Positions 44,416-53,274 of a DNA stretch of 64,000 nucleotides are shown piece after piece. The position numbers and the translations under genes were made by a program. Each line of letters opens with the position of its first letter. Within the stretch, counting starts at the first letter, position 1. Source of the stretch: a virus. Location: positions 68,502 to 132,501 of IMG/VR virus record IMGVR_UViG_3300043788_000169. One strand, written 5' to 3'. The notes under the pieces are model-generated. The model saw only the letters and a program-made list of their open reading frames with translations. It was not told where the DNA came from and searched no databases.

Positions 44416-44859
44416 ATGAACGTCGTCACGGCGCCTGACCCGCGCTCTGCGCGGCTGCCGGTCCGCAGTCTTCTGTTCATCGCCGCGCTCTGCGTGCTCG
44501 CGGTCTTCTACACGATCCACATGCGCCAGTGCCAGTCCGAGGCGTGGCGGATCATCGGCTCGCGCGACCCCACGGGCGCCTGGTACGGGTTCTGGTCGGG
44601 GCTGGGTGGCTCGCTGCCGGACATCGCGCTGTTCACCGGGGTGGCTGCGTGGTACCTGCACCACACCTGCCATATGAGCCCCTGGTGCCTTCGCTGGGGC
44701 AAGTTCGAGGCTGCCGGAGGAGTGTTCAGGCTGTGCCGTCACCATCATCCAGACATCGCCGCGCTGAAGCATCTTTCACGCCGCGACATGATTCACAAGC
44801 TGCACCGGGAGCACCTGGACCGGACCTCTCGCCGGGCACCGGCCAAGCCAAGGGCCTGA
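44416..44859 (+). CDS. Membrane protein with His/Cys-rich C-terminus
   Basis: WYGFWSGLGGSL; HTCH..WC.RWG...LCRHHHP. Confidence 0.65.
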   Translation: MNVVTAPDPRSARLPVRSLLFIAALCVLAVFYTIHMRQCQSEAWRIIGSRDPTGAWYGFWSGLGGSLPDIALFTGVAAWYLHHTCHMSPWCLRWGKFEAAGGVFRLCRHHHPDIAALKHLSRRDMIHKLHREHLDRTSRRAPAKPRA

Positions 44860-45212
44860 ACACCCACCACAAGGCCGCGCTCGCGACGATCTCGGCCTGC
44901 TCGGCTCTCACGATGCTGTGGGGCTGGCTGTTCTCGCTGGCTGAGCATCTGCCCGTCACCACCGGCCTGTACTGGAGCGTGATCACCGCGGCGACCGTCG
45001 GCTACGGCGACGTGATCCCGCACAACCCGCTTGGCCGGCTGATCGCCGTGGCGGCCGCCATCACCGCGATCCCGCTCTACTCGGCCAGCGTCGGCCTGTT
45101 CATCGGGGGAGTGGCCGCCCGGGTCATCCACAACGTTGTGCACGATGCCAAGACCGAAATCAAGGACCATGTCGAGGAGCGGCTGCGTCATCATCTGCAA
45201 AACCGCATGTAG
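44856..45212 (+). CDS. Minimal 2-TM potassium channel (KcsA-like)
   Basis: LYWSVITAATVGYGDVIP...GR filter signature; start uncertain (CTG 44856 or a downstream ATG). Confidence 0.85.
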   Translation: MNTHHKAALATISACSALTMLWGWLFSLAEHLPVTTGLYWSVITAATVGYGDVIPHNPLGRLIAVAAAITAIPLYSASVGLFIGGVAARVIHNVVHDAKTEIKDHVEERLRHHLQNRM

Positions 45213-45282
45213 CCTGCGCGTTTGCCTGCGCTGGGCACTCCACCTGCGGTAAGTTCGCCGCGCAGCCACCGGAAGGGACGCC

Positions 45283-45885
45283 ATGAGCAAGCTGGACCGC
45301 CGCGACGCACTCCGGATCGAGGCGCTGCACGCCGCAGTCGCCTTCGCGGCCTCGGCTGATCCTGATGCAGTGCTGCTTGCAGTAGCCGACGACTGTTTCG
45401 GCTGGCTCGTACGGCATGAGACGGAGAAGCTTGCCATCTCCGTTAAGGTGACCCGTCCCGATGAGACAGTCGCGTTCACCGCCCAGATCACCCAGTCCGC
45501 AGGAGAAGGGAACACGCCGCTCATGACCGCTATGTTCGACGCAGACACCGCCACCATCACCATCGAGCCGGAAGACTCGATGAACCAGCCGACCGGCGAC
45601 AGCCTGACCGTTGCGCAGAGCGACAGCGGCACGCCGACGACCGGCGGCGCCCCGGCCACGCCTGGCACGGTTGCCAACGTCACCTACACCACCGACGACA
45701 ACGGCGCGATCACCGACGTCACGGTCGCCCCGGTGGCCACGGGCTCGGTCACGATCACGGTGTCGGACCCGAGCGCGCCGAGCGTGGCCCCGTTCACCAA
45801 CACCTTCGACGTCGCTGCGGGCGCAACCGCGTCACTGGTCGGCAACGTCACGGTCAACGCAGGGGCGAACTCGCCGTCTGCCTGA
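45283..45885 (+). CDS. Protein with C-terminal Ig-like Thr/Val-rich domain
   Basis: VTVAPVATGSVTITVSD beta-strand pattern. Confidence 0.6.
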   Translation: MSKLDRRDALRIEALHAAVAFAASADPDAVLLAVADDCFGWLVRHETEKLAISVKVTRPDETVAFTAQITQSAGEGNTPLMTAMFDADTATITIEPEDSMNQPTGDSLTVAQSDSGTPTTGGAPATPGTVANVTYTTDDNGAITDVTVAPVATGSVTITVSDPSAPSVAPFTNTFDVAAGATASLVGNVTVNAGANSPSA

Positions 45886-45896
45886 TTTACCGGACG

Positions 45897-46411
45897 ATGC
45901 CCAGGAAGTGAGTCCTGAGGCACGTGCCGGCGCAGCCGGGAACTGGCGGTCCTATCCTCCTCTGGTCCGCCAGTTCGTCCGGCTGACGCGTCACCAGCGC
46001 GCCGTGTCCGCCGAAGTCCGGCGGCCGGTGCGTTTTCGTGACCCGGTCACGGGCGACGAGCTGACCCTGGCCGAGGAAGCCTCCTGGAAGATGCAGGGGA
46101 TCATCCGGCGCTGGACGTTCGTGGTGGTCGTCACCCTGGTAACGGCTGCGGTCTGGACCTATGTCGGGGTGTCGGCGGGATGGTCGCTTCGCAGCGGCGC
46201 GCTGGCCGACCTGACGTGGTGGAACCTCGGGGCCTCCTATCTCGCCATCCTCATCGAGTCGACGGTCGGCATCGCAATGTTCAGCCAGACCCGGCGCGAT
46301 GCAGTGAAGATCCGCAAGATCGAGGCCATCGCTGAAAGCCAGACCGCGCTCATGTCCCTGATCTGCGCGCACCTGGGCATAGAGGTGCCCGATAGCAAGC
46401 CACCGGTATAA
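45897..46411 (+). CDS. DUF1003-like membrane protein (start uncertain)
   Basis: RRWTFV...W...WNLGASYLAI...SQTRRD pattern. Confidence 0.55.
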
Positions 46412-46416
46412 GAGAC

Positions 46417-48138
46417 GTGATCGCTGACGTCAGAACGTGGGATCCGCGTGTCCGCATGCAGGCTGCCTGGATTGCCCACGAGGCGCCCGACATCACCGAC
46501 TACGAGGTTCCAGCCTGCTGGAACGATAGAGTCTGCCTCCAGCACCGGCAGTCTTCCGGCAGCTGCCCGCTGTGCGGCTCGGGCCGCAGCCCGCACCTGT
46601 GCCCGCTGTGCGACTACTGCGGGGTCATGCTCCGGCGCCATCAGCGGACCGGTTCCATGTGGCTGTTCCTGGCGGGAGATGCCCTGCTGGCGGACACGGT
46701 GGGCCTGGGCAAGACGCCCTCGGTGACCGGGATGCTCGCCTTCTGCAGGGAATCCGGCGAGCTGAGCCTGCAGAACCGGGCGGTGGTCGTCGCCAAGTCC
46801 AGTGCCGTTGGCCAGTGGGCCACGCAGCTGACCCGCATGATCCCGTCGCTGCGGGTGATCGCCACGACCGGCAGCATGTCCAAGCAGCAGCGGATCAACG
46901 CCTACCTGACCCCGTGGGAGGTAGCGGTCATCTCCGAGCGCACGCTGGCCTCGGCCCGCGGGGCGAAGCGGAGCAAGGAAGGCGACCTCACGTATTTGTC
47001 GCACTTCCCGGTCGGGATCGTCGTTGCCGACGACACCGATGCCATGCGCACTCGTACGACCCGGACGTCGCACGCGGTCCGCGAGCTGGCTGGCCGGGCG
47101 TCCCGGGTGGTCATCGTGCACGGTACGCCGCTCCAGAAGAAGATGGATGAGCTTTACAACTTCCTGGAGCCGATCGGTGGCCCGGCCCGCCTCGGCAGCC
47201 AGCGGCAGTTCCACTACCGGTACGTCACCACCTCGACCGACGTCTACTACACCCGCGACAGCACCGGGCAGGTGGTCGAGTGCGAGCGCACCACCGACAC
47301 CGGGGTCAAGAACGAGCAGGAGCTGCAGCAGCTGATCGCCCCGCTGATCCTGCGCCGCCGGCCCGAGCACGTGGACGACATGACCCTGCCCGCGATTCAG
47401 CCGAACGTCGTCTGGCTCGACCCCTCCCCGGCGCAGGCCCGGCGCTATGCCGAGCTGCAGGACGGTGTGCTGCGCCTGATACGTGAGCAGGGCGAGACCA
47501 TCAGCCGTCCGCAGGCGGCCGCGCTGTGGACCCACGGCTGGCAGATCTGCTCCGGGCTGGCCACCCTGGACGAGGGCCCGGGCGACGACAGCATCAAGCT
47601 CGACTGGATCATGGAGCACGTCGAGCCGCCGGGCGCCATGAGCCTGGGCGGGTTCGCTGGCGATAAGGCCGTGGTGTTCGTCAACTTCAAGCCGAACGTG
47701 GAGGCCCTGTCCCGGCGGCTGGACGTCGCGGGCATCCGGCATGTAGTCATGTGGGGGAACGAGACCGGGCAGGCCGAGCGTGACCGCCGGCTGACCGCGT
47801 TCCGCCAGGACCCTGGCTGCCGGATGCTGATCGGGACGACGACTATCGAGATGAGCCTGAACCTCCAGGCCGCACGTCATCTCATTGCCGTCGATACCAT
47901 CCCGAATCCCGCGCGCATGACGCAGCTGGCGGGGCGCGTGAGGCGCGCGGGATCTCCGTTCAGCACGGTGTACTTTCATCAGCTTCTGCTTCGTGGGACG
48001 CAGGAGGAGGGTATTCTCAACCAGCTGTACTCCGAGCAGGAGACCGCGGACACCGTCTGGGGAGAGCAGGGAGACCTGTTCCAGGACAGGACCCCGCTGG
48101 AGATGCTGCGGATGATCGCAGCCCGGAGGGCGGCATAG
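46417..48138 (+). CDS. SNF2-like SF2 helicase
   Basis: LADTVGLGKT; VVADDTD; HGTPLQ; LILRR; SLNLQAA; Q..GRVRRAG. Confidence 0.85.
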   Translation: MIADVRTWDPRVRMQAAWIAHEAPDITDYEVPACWNDRVCLQHRQSSGSCPLCGSGRSPHLCPLCDYCGVMLRRHQRTGSMWLFLAGDALLADTVGLGKTPSVTGMLAFCRESGELSLQNRAVVVAKSSAVGQWATQLTRMIPSLRVIATTGSMSKQQRINAYLTPWEVAVISERTLASARGAKRSKEGDLTYLSHFPVGIVVADDTDAMRTRTTRTSHAVRELAGRASRVVIVHGTPLQKKMDELYNFLEPIGGPARLGSQRQFHYRYVTTSTDVYYTRDSTGQVVECERTTDTGVKNEQELQQLIAPLILRRRPEHVDDMTLPAIQPNVVWLDPSPAQARRYAELQDGVLRLIREQGETISRPQAAALWTHGWQICSGLATLDEGPGDDSIKLDWIMEHVEPPGAMSLGGFAGDKAVVFVNFKPNVEALSRRLDVAGIRHVVMWGNETGQAERDRRLTAFRQDPGCRMLIGTTTIEMSLNLQAARHLIAVDTIPNPARMTQLAGRVRRAGSPFSTVYFHQLLLRGTQEEGILNQLYSEQETADTVWGEQGDLFQDRTPLEMLRMIAARRAA

Positions 48139-48140
48139 CC

Positions 48141-48335
48141 ATGGCCGTAACCGATCGGTTCTGGCGAGTGACCTTGAAACTGCCCCACGGAGCCGTGATG
48201 ATGTTTTCCGTAACGGGCGCTACGCGCCATGACGCTGCTGCGGCCACGTTTTACCACCTGCTGCACCACGGGCCGCCCCCTGGCAAGATCAGTGACATCA
48301 AGCTGCTGCAGCAGGCTCACCACGTTAAGTCGTGA
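48141..48335 (+). CDS. Small hypothetical protein
   Basis: GGAGG RBS; coupled to the sigma gene. Confidence 0.55.
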   Translation: MAVTDRFWRVTLKLPHGAVMMFSVTGATRHDAAAATFYHLLHHGPPPGKISDIKLLQQAHHVKS

Positions 48336-49015
48336 CGCCGGAGATCGAGCGTCTTGTTGCGGAGCTGATGCCCCAGGCCAAGGCCGAGGCTTGGAAGCTG
48401 TTCAACTCGGCGCCCCAGCAGCTGAGCCTGGACGAGCTGGTCTCGTGGGCTTATCTCGGGCTGGCCAAGGCTGGGGACCGGTGGCAGGGGTACTGCGAGA
48501 AGAACAGCTACAGCCCGGACGCCACGCAGTATTTCGCTGCGTATGCGCTGCGCTACATCCGCGGGACGATGGTCGACTCCCTGCGCTCCTCCGACCACGT
48601 CACCCGTTCGATGCGCCGCCGGGCCAAGGATCTGCGCGAGGCCGGCCAGGATCTTGGCGTCGGTGAGGGCGAGCTGGCGGAGAAGACCGGCCTGACCGTC
48701 CAGCAGATCCGGGCCACGGTCGCCGCGGTGGCCCGGCGGCCGGTGTCCATGGATGCCGAGCCCGTCGACATCGCGGATGACGACGACGTGGAGGGCCAGG
48801 CGGTGGTCAATACCGTGCTGGCCGCCGCGGTGCAGGTGCTGCTGGCCCAGCCCCCTGACGTCCAGGCTGTGATCGCGCTGCGCTACCACCAGGGGATGGA
48901 TCTTCGGGCGGTGGCTGCGCAGCTGGGGCGCCCGGAGGCCGAAGTAGGTGACCTGCACACCGCTGGCATCCTCGCCGTGCACGAGGCCATGCTCTCAGCG
49001 GTTGATGAATCCTAG
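48332..49015 (+). CDS. FliA/WhiG-family sigma factor
   Basis: ELVSWAYLGL; FAAYA..YIRG.MVD.LR..D.V.RS.R; region 4 VIALRY.QGM.L..VA..LG. Confidence 0.85.
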   Translation: MTPEIERLVAELMPQAKAEAWKLFNSAPQQLSLDELVSWAYLGLAKAGDRWQGYCEKNSYSPDATQYFAAYALRYIRGTMVDSLRSSDHVTRSMRRRAKDLREAGQDLGVGEGELAEKTGLTVQQIRATVAAVARRPVSMDAEPVDIADDDDVEGQAVVNTVLAAAVQVLLAQPPDVQAVIALRYHQGMDLRAVAAQLGRPEAEVGDLHTAGILAVHEAMLSAVDES

Positions 49016-49077
49016 GGATCACCATCGGGAGCAGCCCCGTGACCGGTATAAACGAGCGGGTGTGGGGGAGGCGCAGT

Positions 49078-49455
49078 ATGCACGCATATTCTGATGAAGA
49101 GGTGGCCCAGGTAGCGCACGGAGCGCTCCGCAGCCTGCAGGGTATCCACCGGAACCCGTGGCCGGCTGAGCCCTGGGAGGAACTGGGCTCGGACGCCCGG
49201 GCGTCGGTCATCGCTGGTGTCCGGCAGGCTCGGTCCGGGGTGACACCCCGCGGCCTGCACGAGGCGTGGGTGGAGTACCGCCGGCTGGAGGGCTGGCTTC
49301 CGGGGGAAGCCAAGGACCCGGTGCTGCGCACCCACCCGAACCTGGTTCCGTGGGATGAGCTGGACCCCGCCGAGAGGGATAAGGACGTGCTGTTCCTCAT
49401 GGTCGTGACCGCGCTGACGCTCGACATGCGCGGGATGCTGCTCTCCGGTCTGTAA
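49078..49455 (+). CDS. RyR-domain protein
   Basis: HEAW...EGW..G..KD...THPNLVPWDEL...E.DKD. Confidence 0.85.
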   Translation: MHAYSDEEVAQVAHGALRSLQGIHRNPWPAEPWEELGSDARASVIAGVRQARSGVTPRGLHEAWVEYRRLEGWLPGEAKDPVLRTHPNLVPWDELDPAERDKDVLFLMVVTALTLDMRGMLLSGL

Positions 49456-49462
49456 CAGCCTC

Positions 49463-49927
49463 ATGCTGGACCGTGCAGAGAAGCTGGCAGGGCGCTGGTT
49501 CAAGGCGCAGATGGATGCCTACCTGGACCGCCTGAACGCCGAGGACCCGCCGAACTTCGTGGTGCCCGAGGTGCTGCGCAACCCGCGCCACGACTGCGCG
49601 CACCGCGGCGGGGTCTCGACGTCCTTCAAGATGGCAGAGATCTATGTCACCTCGCCGGAGATCTGGATCTGCTACTGCAGCGCGACTGGCCTGATGGGGC
49701 CGGACTTCCCTCATGACGACTGCCAGGGCGGCGTCGTGGCTGCGCCGGAGGCCCGTTTCGGGTTCCTGTACTCCGAAGGCCGGTGCCGCTGCGGGATCCA
49801 CGGCCGCTCGCCGTCCGGCCGCATTACCGATGCCTACGACCGACCACCGATCGGAAGGGTACGGGCGTGGCAGACGACGGTCATGGCGGCAAAGTCCCCG
49901 GGAAGTGGAAGGACGCCCTCCCGGTAG
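49463..49927 (+). CDS. Cys-rich hypothetical protein
   Basis: Operon packing. Confidence 0.6.
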   Translation: MLDRAEKLAGRWFKAQMDAYLDRLNAEDPPNFVVPEVLRNPRHDCAHRGGVSTSFKMAEIYVTSPEIWICYCSATGLMGPDFPHDDCQGGVVAAPEARFGFLYSEGRCRCGIHGRSPSGRITDAYDRPPIGRVRAWQTTVMAAKSPGSGRTPSR

Positions 49928-50481
49928 TTCCCGATAAGGTCGCGGAGCACCTCGATGCGGGCCGCGACGTGCCGCTGGAAGCCATGGTCAGCGACGCGGC
50001 CATGGAGCAGTTCGAGGACCACGTCAAGCGCCAGGCAGAGCCGGTGCACGCTGAGGATCTGATCCCGGTCGCCCGCAACGACCCGCGGATTCAGGGCCCT
50101 GCCCCGGGCAACGGCTCGGTGCTGCCCAAGGTGCCGGTCCGGCGCCGAGTCATCCCGGCCCCGTTCAAGCGGCCGAGCATCCACATCGACCACCACGGCA
50201 AGAGCTGGCAGGTCAAGCACGCCGGGTCGGTGCAGGCCGGGGACATCGTGCCAGATGTCGGCCGGGTGGCCAAGGCTGAGCAGCGGACCCGGTACGTGCG
50301 GATGTCGGAAGTGATGAGGCTGGAGGATCTTCAGCTGCACGCCCTGAACCCGCACAAGCAGGTGGCGGTCGGCCTCGAAGTCGTGCTCACTGGTATAGAT
50401 GGCCGTGAGCACCTATTTGAGCCGTCTCAGCGCATACGAGTCTTCACCGCGGGAGAGCACGCAGGTGCCCGCGCCGACTAA
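49867..50481 (+). CDS. Hypothetical protein
   Basis: GTG 49867 (VADDGHG...) overlapping the upstream gene. Confidence 0.55.
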   Translation: MADDGHGGKVPGKWKDALPVVPDKVAEHLDAGRDVPLEAMVSDAAMEQFEDHVKRQAEPVHAEDLIPVARNDPRIQGPAPGNGSVLPKVPVRRRVIPAPFKRPSIHIDHHGKSWQVKHAGSVQAGDIVPDVGRVAKAEQRTRYVRMSEVMRLEDLQLHALNPHKQVAVGLEVVLTGIDGREHLFEPSQRIRVFTAGEHAGARAD

Positions 50482-50671
50482 GGCCCGCGCCGAGCTGGGA
50501 GCTGTCCCGGCCGAGATGGTCACCGGCCTGCGCCCGCATGACTGCATCAACTGCAGCTGGGCCATGGTCCACAAGGTGTGGACCCTGAAGTTCATCCATT
50601 CCGAGTGCCCGGCGCACCGCGGCCTGCCGCGCGCCACCGACGGGCTGCGCTCCTGGATGCTTGCCGGATGA
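50465..50671 (+). CDS. Small Cys/His protein
   Basis: CINC...ECPAH; ATGA-coupled to the methyltransferase. Confidence 0.5.
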   Translation: MPAPTKARAELGAVPAEMVTGLRPHDCINCSWAMVHKVWTLKFIHSECPAHRGLPRATDGLRSWMLAG

Positions 50672-51276
50672 AGACAGGCAGCCTCTGCACGGGCTACAGC
50701 GGCCTGGAGCTGGGTGCCGCCGCCCACTTCGACATCGACCTGCAGTGGGTGGCTGACAATGACCCTGACGCCGCGGTGGCGCTGGCTGAGCACCATCCCG
50801 GTGTGCCGAACCTCGGTGACATCAAAGAGGTCGACTGGTCCCGCGTCACCCCGGTCGAGCTGCTGCTCCTGGGCTTCCCGTGCCAGGACGTCTCGTCGGC
50901 CGGCAGGCGGGCGGGGCTCCAGCCCGGTAACAGGAGCGGGATCTGGTCGCACTGTGCTTATGCGATAGGAGTGCTACGACCCCAGCTGGTGATCATAGAG
51001 AACGTAAAGGGGCTGCTCAGTGCTCGTGCCCACAGCGACGTGGAATCCTGTTCGTGGTGTCTGGGAAACACCACAGAGCGCAGCTTGCGGGCACTTGGTG
51101 CCGTACTTGGCGACCTTGCCACGCTCGGGTATGATGCGGAATGGACGACTCTACCCGCCTCTGACGCGGGATGCTGCCATCCCCGCGACCGGGTCTTCAT
51201 CATCGCTTGGCTTGCGGCTGTTCAAGACGCCGACAGCCCAGCTGGGGATCAACGGCGGGAGCCAGCACCCGTCTAA
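50668..51276 (+). CDS. C5 cytosine DNA methyltransferase, catalytic part (motifs I-VIII)
   Basis: SLCTGYSG, GDI, GFPCQDVS.AG, IENVKG, HPRDRVFI. Confidence 0.9.
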   Translation: MKTGSLCTGYSGLELGAAAHFDIDLQWVADNDPDAAVALAEHHPGVPNLGDIKEVDWSRVTPVELLLLGFPCQDVSSAGRRAGLQPGNRSGIWSHCAYAIGVLRPQLVIIENVKGLLSARAHSDVESCSWCLGNTTERSLRALGAVLGDLATLGYDAEWTTLPASDAGCCHPRDRVFIIAWLAAVQDADSPAGDQRREPAPV

Positions 51277-51805
51277 GCGCAAGGCAGGCGGCCACGGCCC
51301 GACCTTGGCTGACGAGGCTGAGAACGAGCTGTCCTTCTTGCCCACCCCCAACGCTACGGACTGCAAGGGCAGTGGCGGCCTGGGGGACATGGATCTTCCG
51401 GAGGCTGTCTCCCTGCTGCCGACGCCCGCGGCCCGCGACTACAAGTCTGGCGAGTCGAATCTGCTGGAGCGCAACGCGCGGCCGCTCAATGAGGTGGCTG
51501 TCAACCAGCTGCGGCCTGTCGGCGGGATCGTGGACTGGGGCCGGTACGCCCGTGCGGTGCTGTGGTGGGAGCAGGTGTTCGGCCGGATGGCGCCCTGCCC
51601 GCTGGAGCCCGGCCGGGGTAGCAACCTCGTGCTTGCTCCCGTGTTCGTGGAGTGGATGATGGGTCTCCCCCTTGGCTGGGTGACGGATCTCCCCCTCTCC
51701 CGTAACGCCCAGCTCAAGCTGCTCGGCAATGGCGTGGTCCCCCAGCAGGTAGTCCTGGGACTGTCCATCCTGTTGCCGCGGGTACCAGTGCTGTGGAAGC
51801 AATAG
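51020..51805 (+). CDS. C5 methyltransferase second part (TRD, motifs IX-X) in an overlapping frame
   Basis: LPTP repeats; EWMMGLP.GW; QLKLLGNGVVPQQ. Confidence 0.8.
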   Translation: MLVPTATWNPVRGVWETPQSAACGHLVPYLATLPRSGMMRNGRLYPPLTRDAAIPATGSSSSLGLRLFKTPTAQLGINGGSQHPSKRKAGGHGPTLADEAENELSFLPTPNATDCKGSGGLGDMDLPEAVSLLPTPAARDYKSGESNLLERNARPLNEVAVNQLRPVGGIVDWGRYARAVLWWEQVFGRMAPCPLEPGRGSNLVLAPVFVEWMMGLPLGWVTDLPLSRNAQLKLLGNGVVPQQVVLGLSILLPRVPVLWKQ

Positions 51806-53274
51806 ACCATGGAAAGCGGGTCCTGGGCACGATACTGGGCCACCAGGACCGGCAGGCTCTCGACTACGCCCTGCGGTGGCTCCAGCCCGAGCACTTCACC
51901 GACGTCGTCCAGGCCAACATCTGGGTGATGTGCCAGCGGTACCTGGATCAGGCTGGCCACGTGCTTACCCGCAGCGCGCTGGAAGACATCATGAGCCACC
52001 AGCCGCCCGGCACCGCCCTCATGTATACGGAGATGTTCGACAGCCTCGTGACGTGGAAGGCCGACGCTACTGCGGCCGGGGTCGCTGCGTTCCAGTGGTC
52101 GGTGCAGCAGCTGCGCGATCTGGCCGCCGAGCGGATGACGGGTGAGGCGCTGACCAGGGCGATGGAGATCATGCGCCGCGGGTATACCGAGGGCCGCCAG
52201 TCCTGGTCCGGCCACGACGACGCCCGCCGCTGGCTGATCACCCGGTTCTCCGAAATCGAGCGCCAGCTGCGTTACGCCGAGGTTCCCGAGGGCGACATGC
52301 GCACCGAGGCCACGGCCATGCTGAGCGAGTACGGAAACCGCAAGGCCCTGGCCGCCCGGGGGGAGACCGGTCTCATCGCCACCGGGATCCCGGAGCTGGA
52401 CAGGCTGCTCGGTGGTGGCCTGGGCCGCGGCGAGCTGGACTTCGTCGCTGCCTACACCAGCGTCGGCAAGACCAGCATGTGTGTCCACCTCGCCTGGCAC
52501 GCCGCAGTGATGCAGGGCAAGAATGTCGTCTACTTCACCAGCGAGACGCTGCGCGAGCAGATCCGGGTCAAGGTGCTGTCCCGTCACTCCCGGCTGGAGA
52601 AATTCGGGCTGAAGTTCGGCCTCAACAGCAAGGACATCAAGTCCGGCCAGCTCACCCCGGAGGCGGAGCGGGCTCTCTCCATGGTGGCTGACGACTTCTC
52701 CCGGATCGCCGGTCGGCTGTTCATCGCCCAGATCCCCAAGGGCGCCACGGTCAGCGTCATCGACGCGAGCCTGGAGCGCGTCACCCGGGACTGGGAGGCC
52801 GATCTGGTCATCCTGGACTCGGTGAGCCTGCTGCGGCCCGAGGAGGCCCGCCGGTCCGGCTGGGAGGAGCACGCCCGCACGATCAAGGCGTCCAAGGAAC
52901 TGGCAGCCACCTACCACGAGGGCCGCGGGGTGCCGCTGGTCAGCCCGTGGCAGATCTCCAGGGAAGGCCAGCGCGCAGCGCGCGAGCGCGGCTACTACCT
53001 GATTGGTGACCTCGCTGAGGCCCATGAAGCCGGAACCAGCTCGGACGTGGCTTTGTCGCTCATGAGCCCGGCGGACTTCGGCGGCGGCCGCAACGTCACG
53101 CTGGAGATGAGCGTGCTCAAGAACCGTGACGGAGAGTCTCTCCAGGGAGCGGCCGCCACGCTCAAGCTGCGGACCGACTACGCCACGAGTTACTTCATGG
53201 CCCAGGGCGGGGGCGCCGACAGCGTCACCCAGCTGATGCAGTACCAGGCCAACGGGTCCAATGTCTTTGGGTGA
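51793..53274 (+). CDS. dnaB: DnaB-like replicative helicase
   Basis: TGIPELDRLLGGGL..GEL; AAYTSVGKT; YFTSE; VILD; QISR; KNRDG. Confidence 0.9.
   Translation: MEAIDHGKRVLGTILGHQDRQALDYALRWLQPEHFTDVVQANIWVMCQRYLDQAGHVLTRSALEDIMSHQPPGTALMYTEMFDSLVTWKADATAAGVAAFQWSVQQLRDLAAERMTGEALTRAMEIMRRGYTEGRQSWSGHDDARRWLITRFSEIERQLRYAEVPEGDMRTEATAMLSEYGNRKALAARGETGLIATGIPELDRLLGGGLGRGELDFVAAYTSVGKTSMCVHLAWHAAVMQGKNVVYFTSETLREQIRVKVLSRHSRLEKFGLKFGLNSKDIKSGQLTPEAERALSMVADDFSRIAGRLFIAQIPKGATVSVIDASLERVTRDWEADLVILDSVSLLRPEEARRSGWEEHARTIKASKELAATYHEGRGVPLVSPWQISREGQRAARERGYYLIGDLAEAHEAGTSSDVALSLMSPADFGGGRNVTLEMSVLKNRDGESLQGAAATLKLRTDYATSYFMAQGGGADSVTQLMQYQANGSNVFG

Noticed and set aside
49078-49455. RyR-domain protein as a eukaryotic-like novelty
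   Set aside because: Stand-alone RyR-domain proteins are already known in phages
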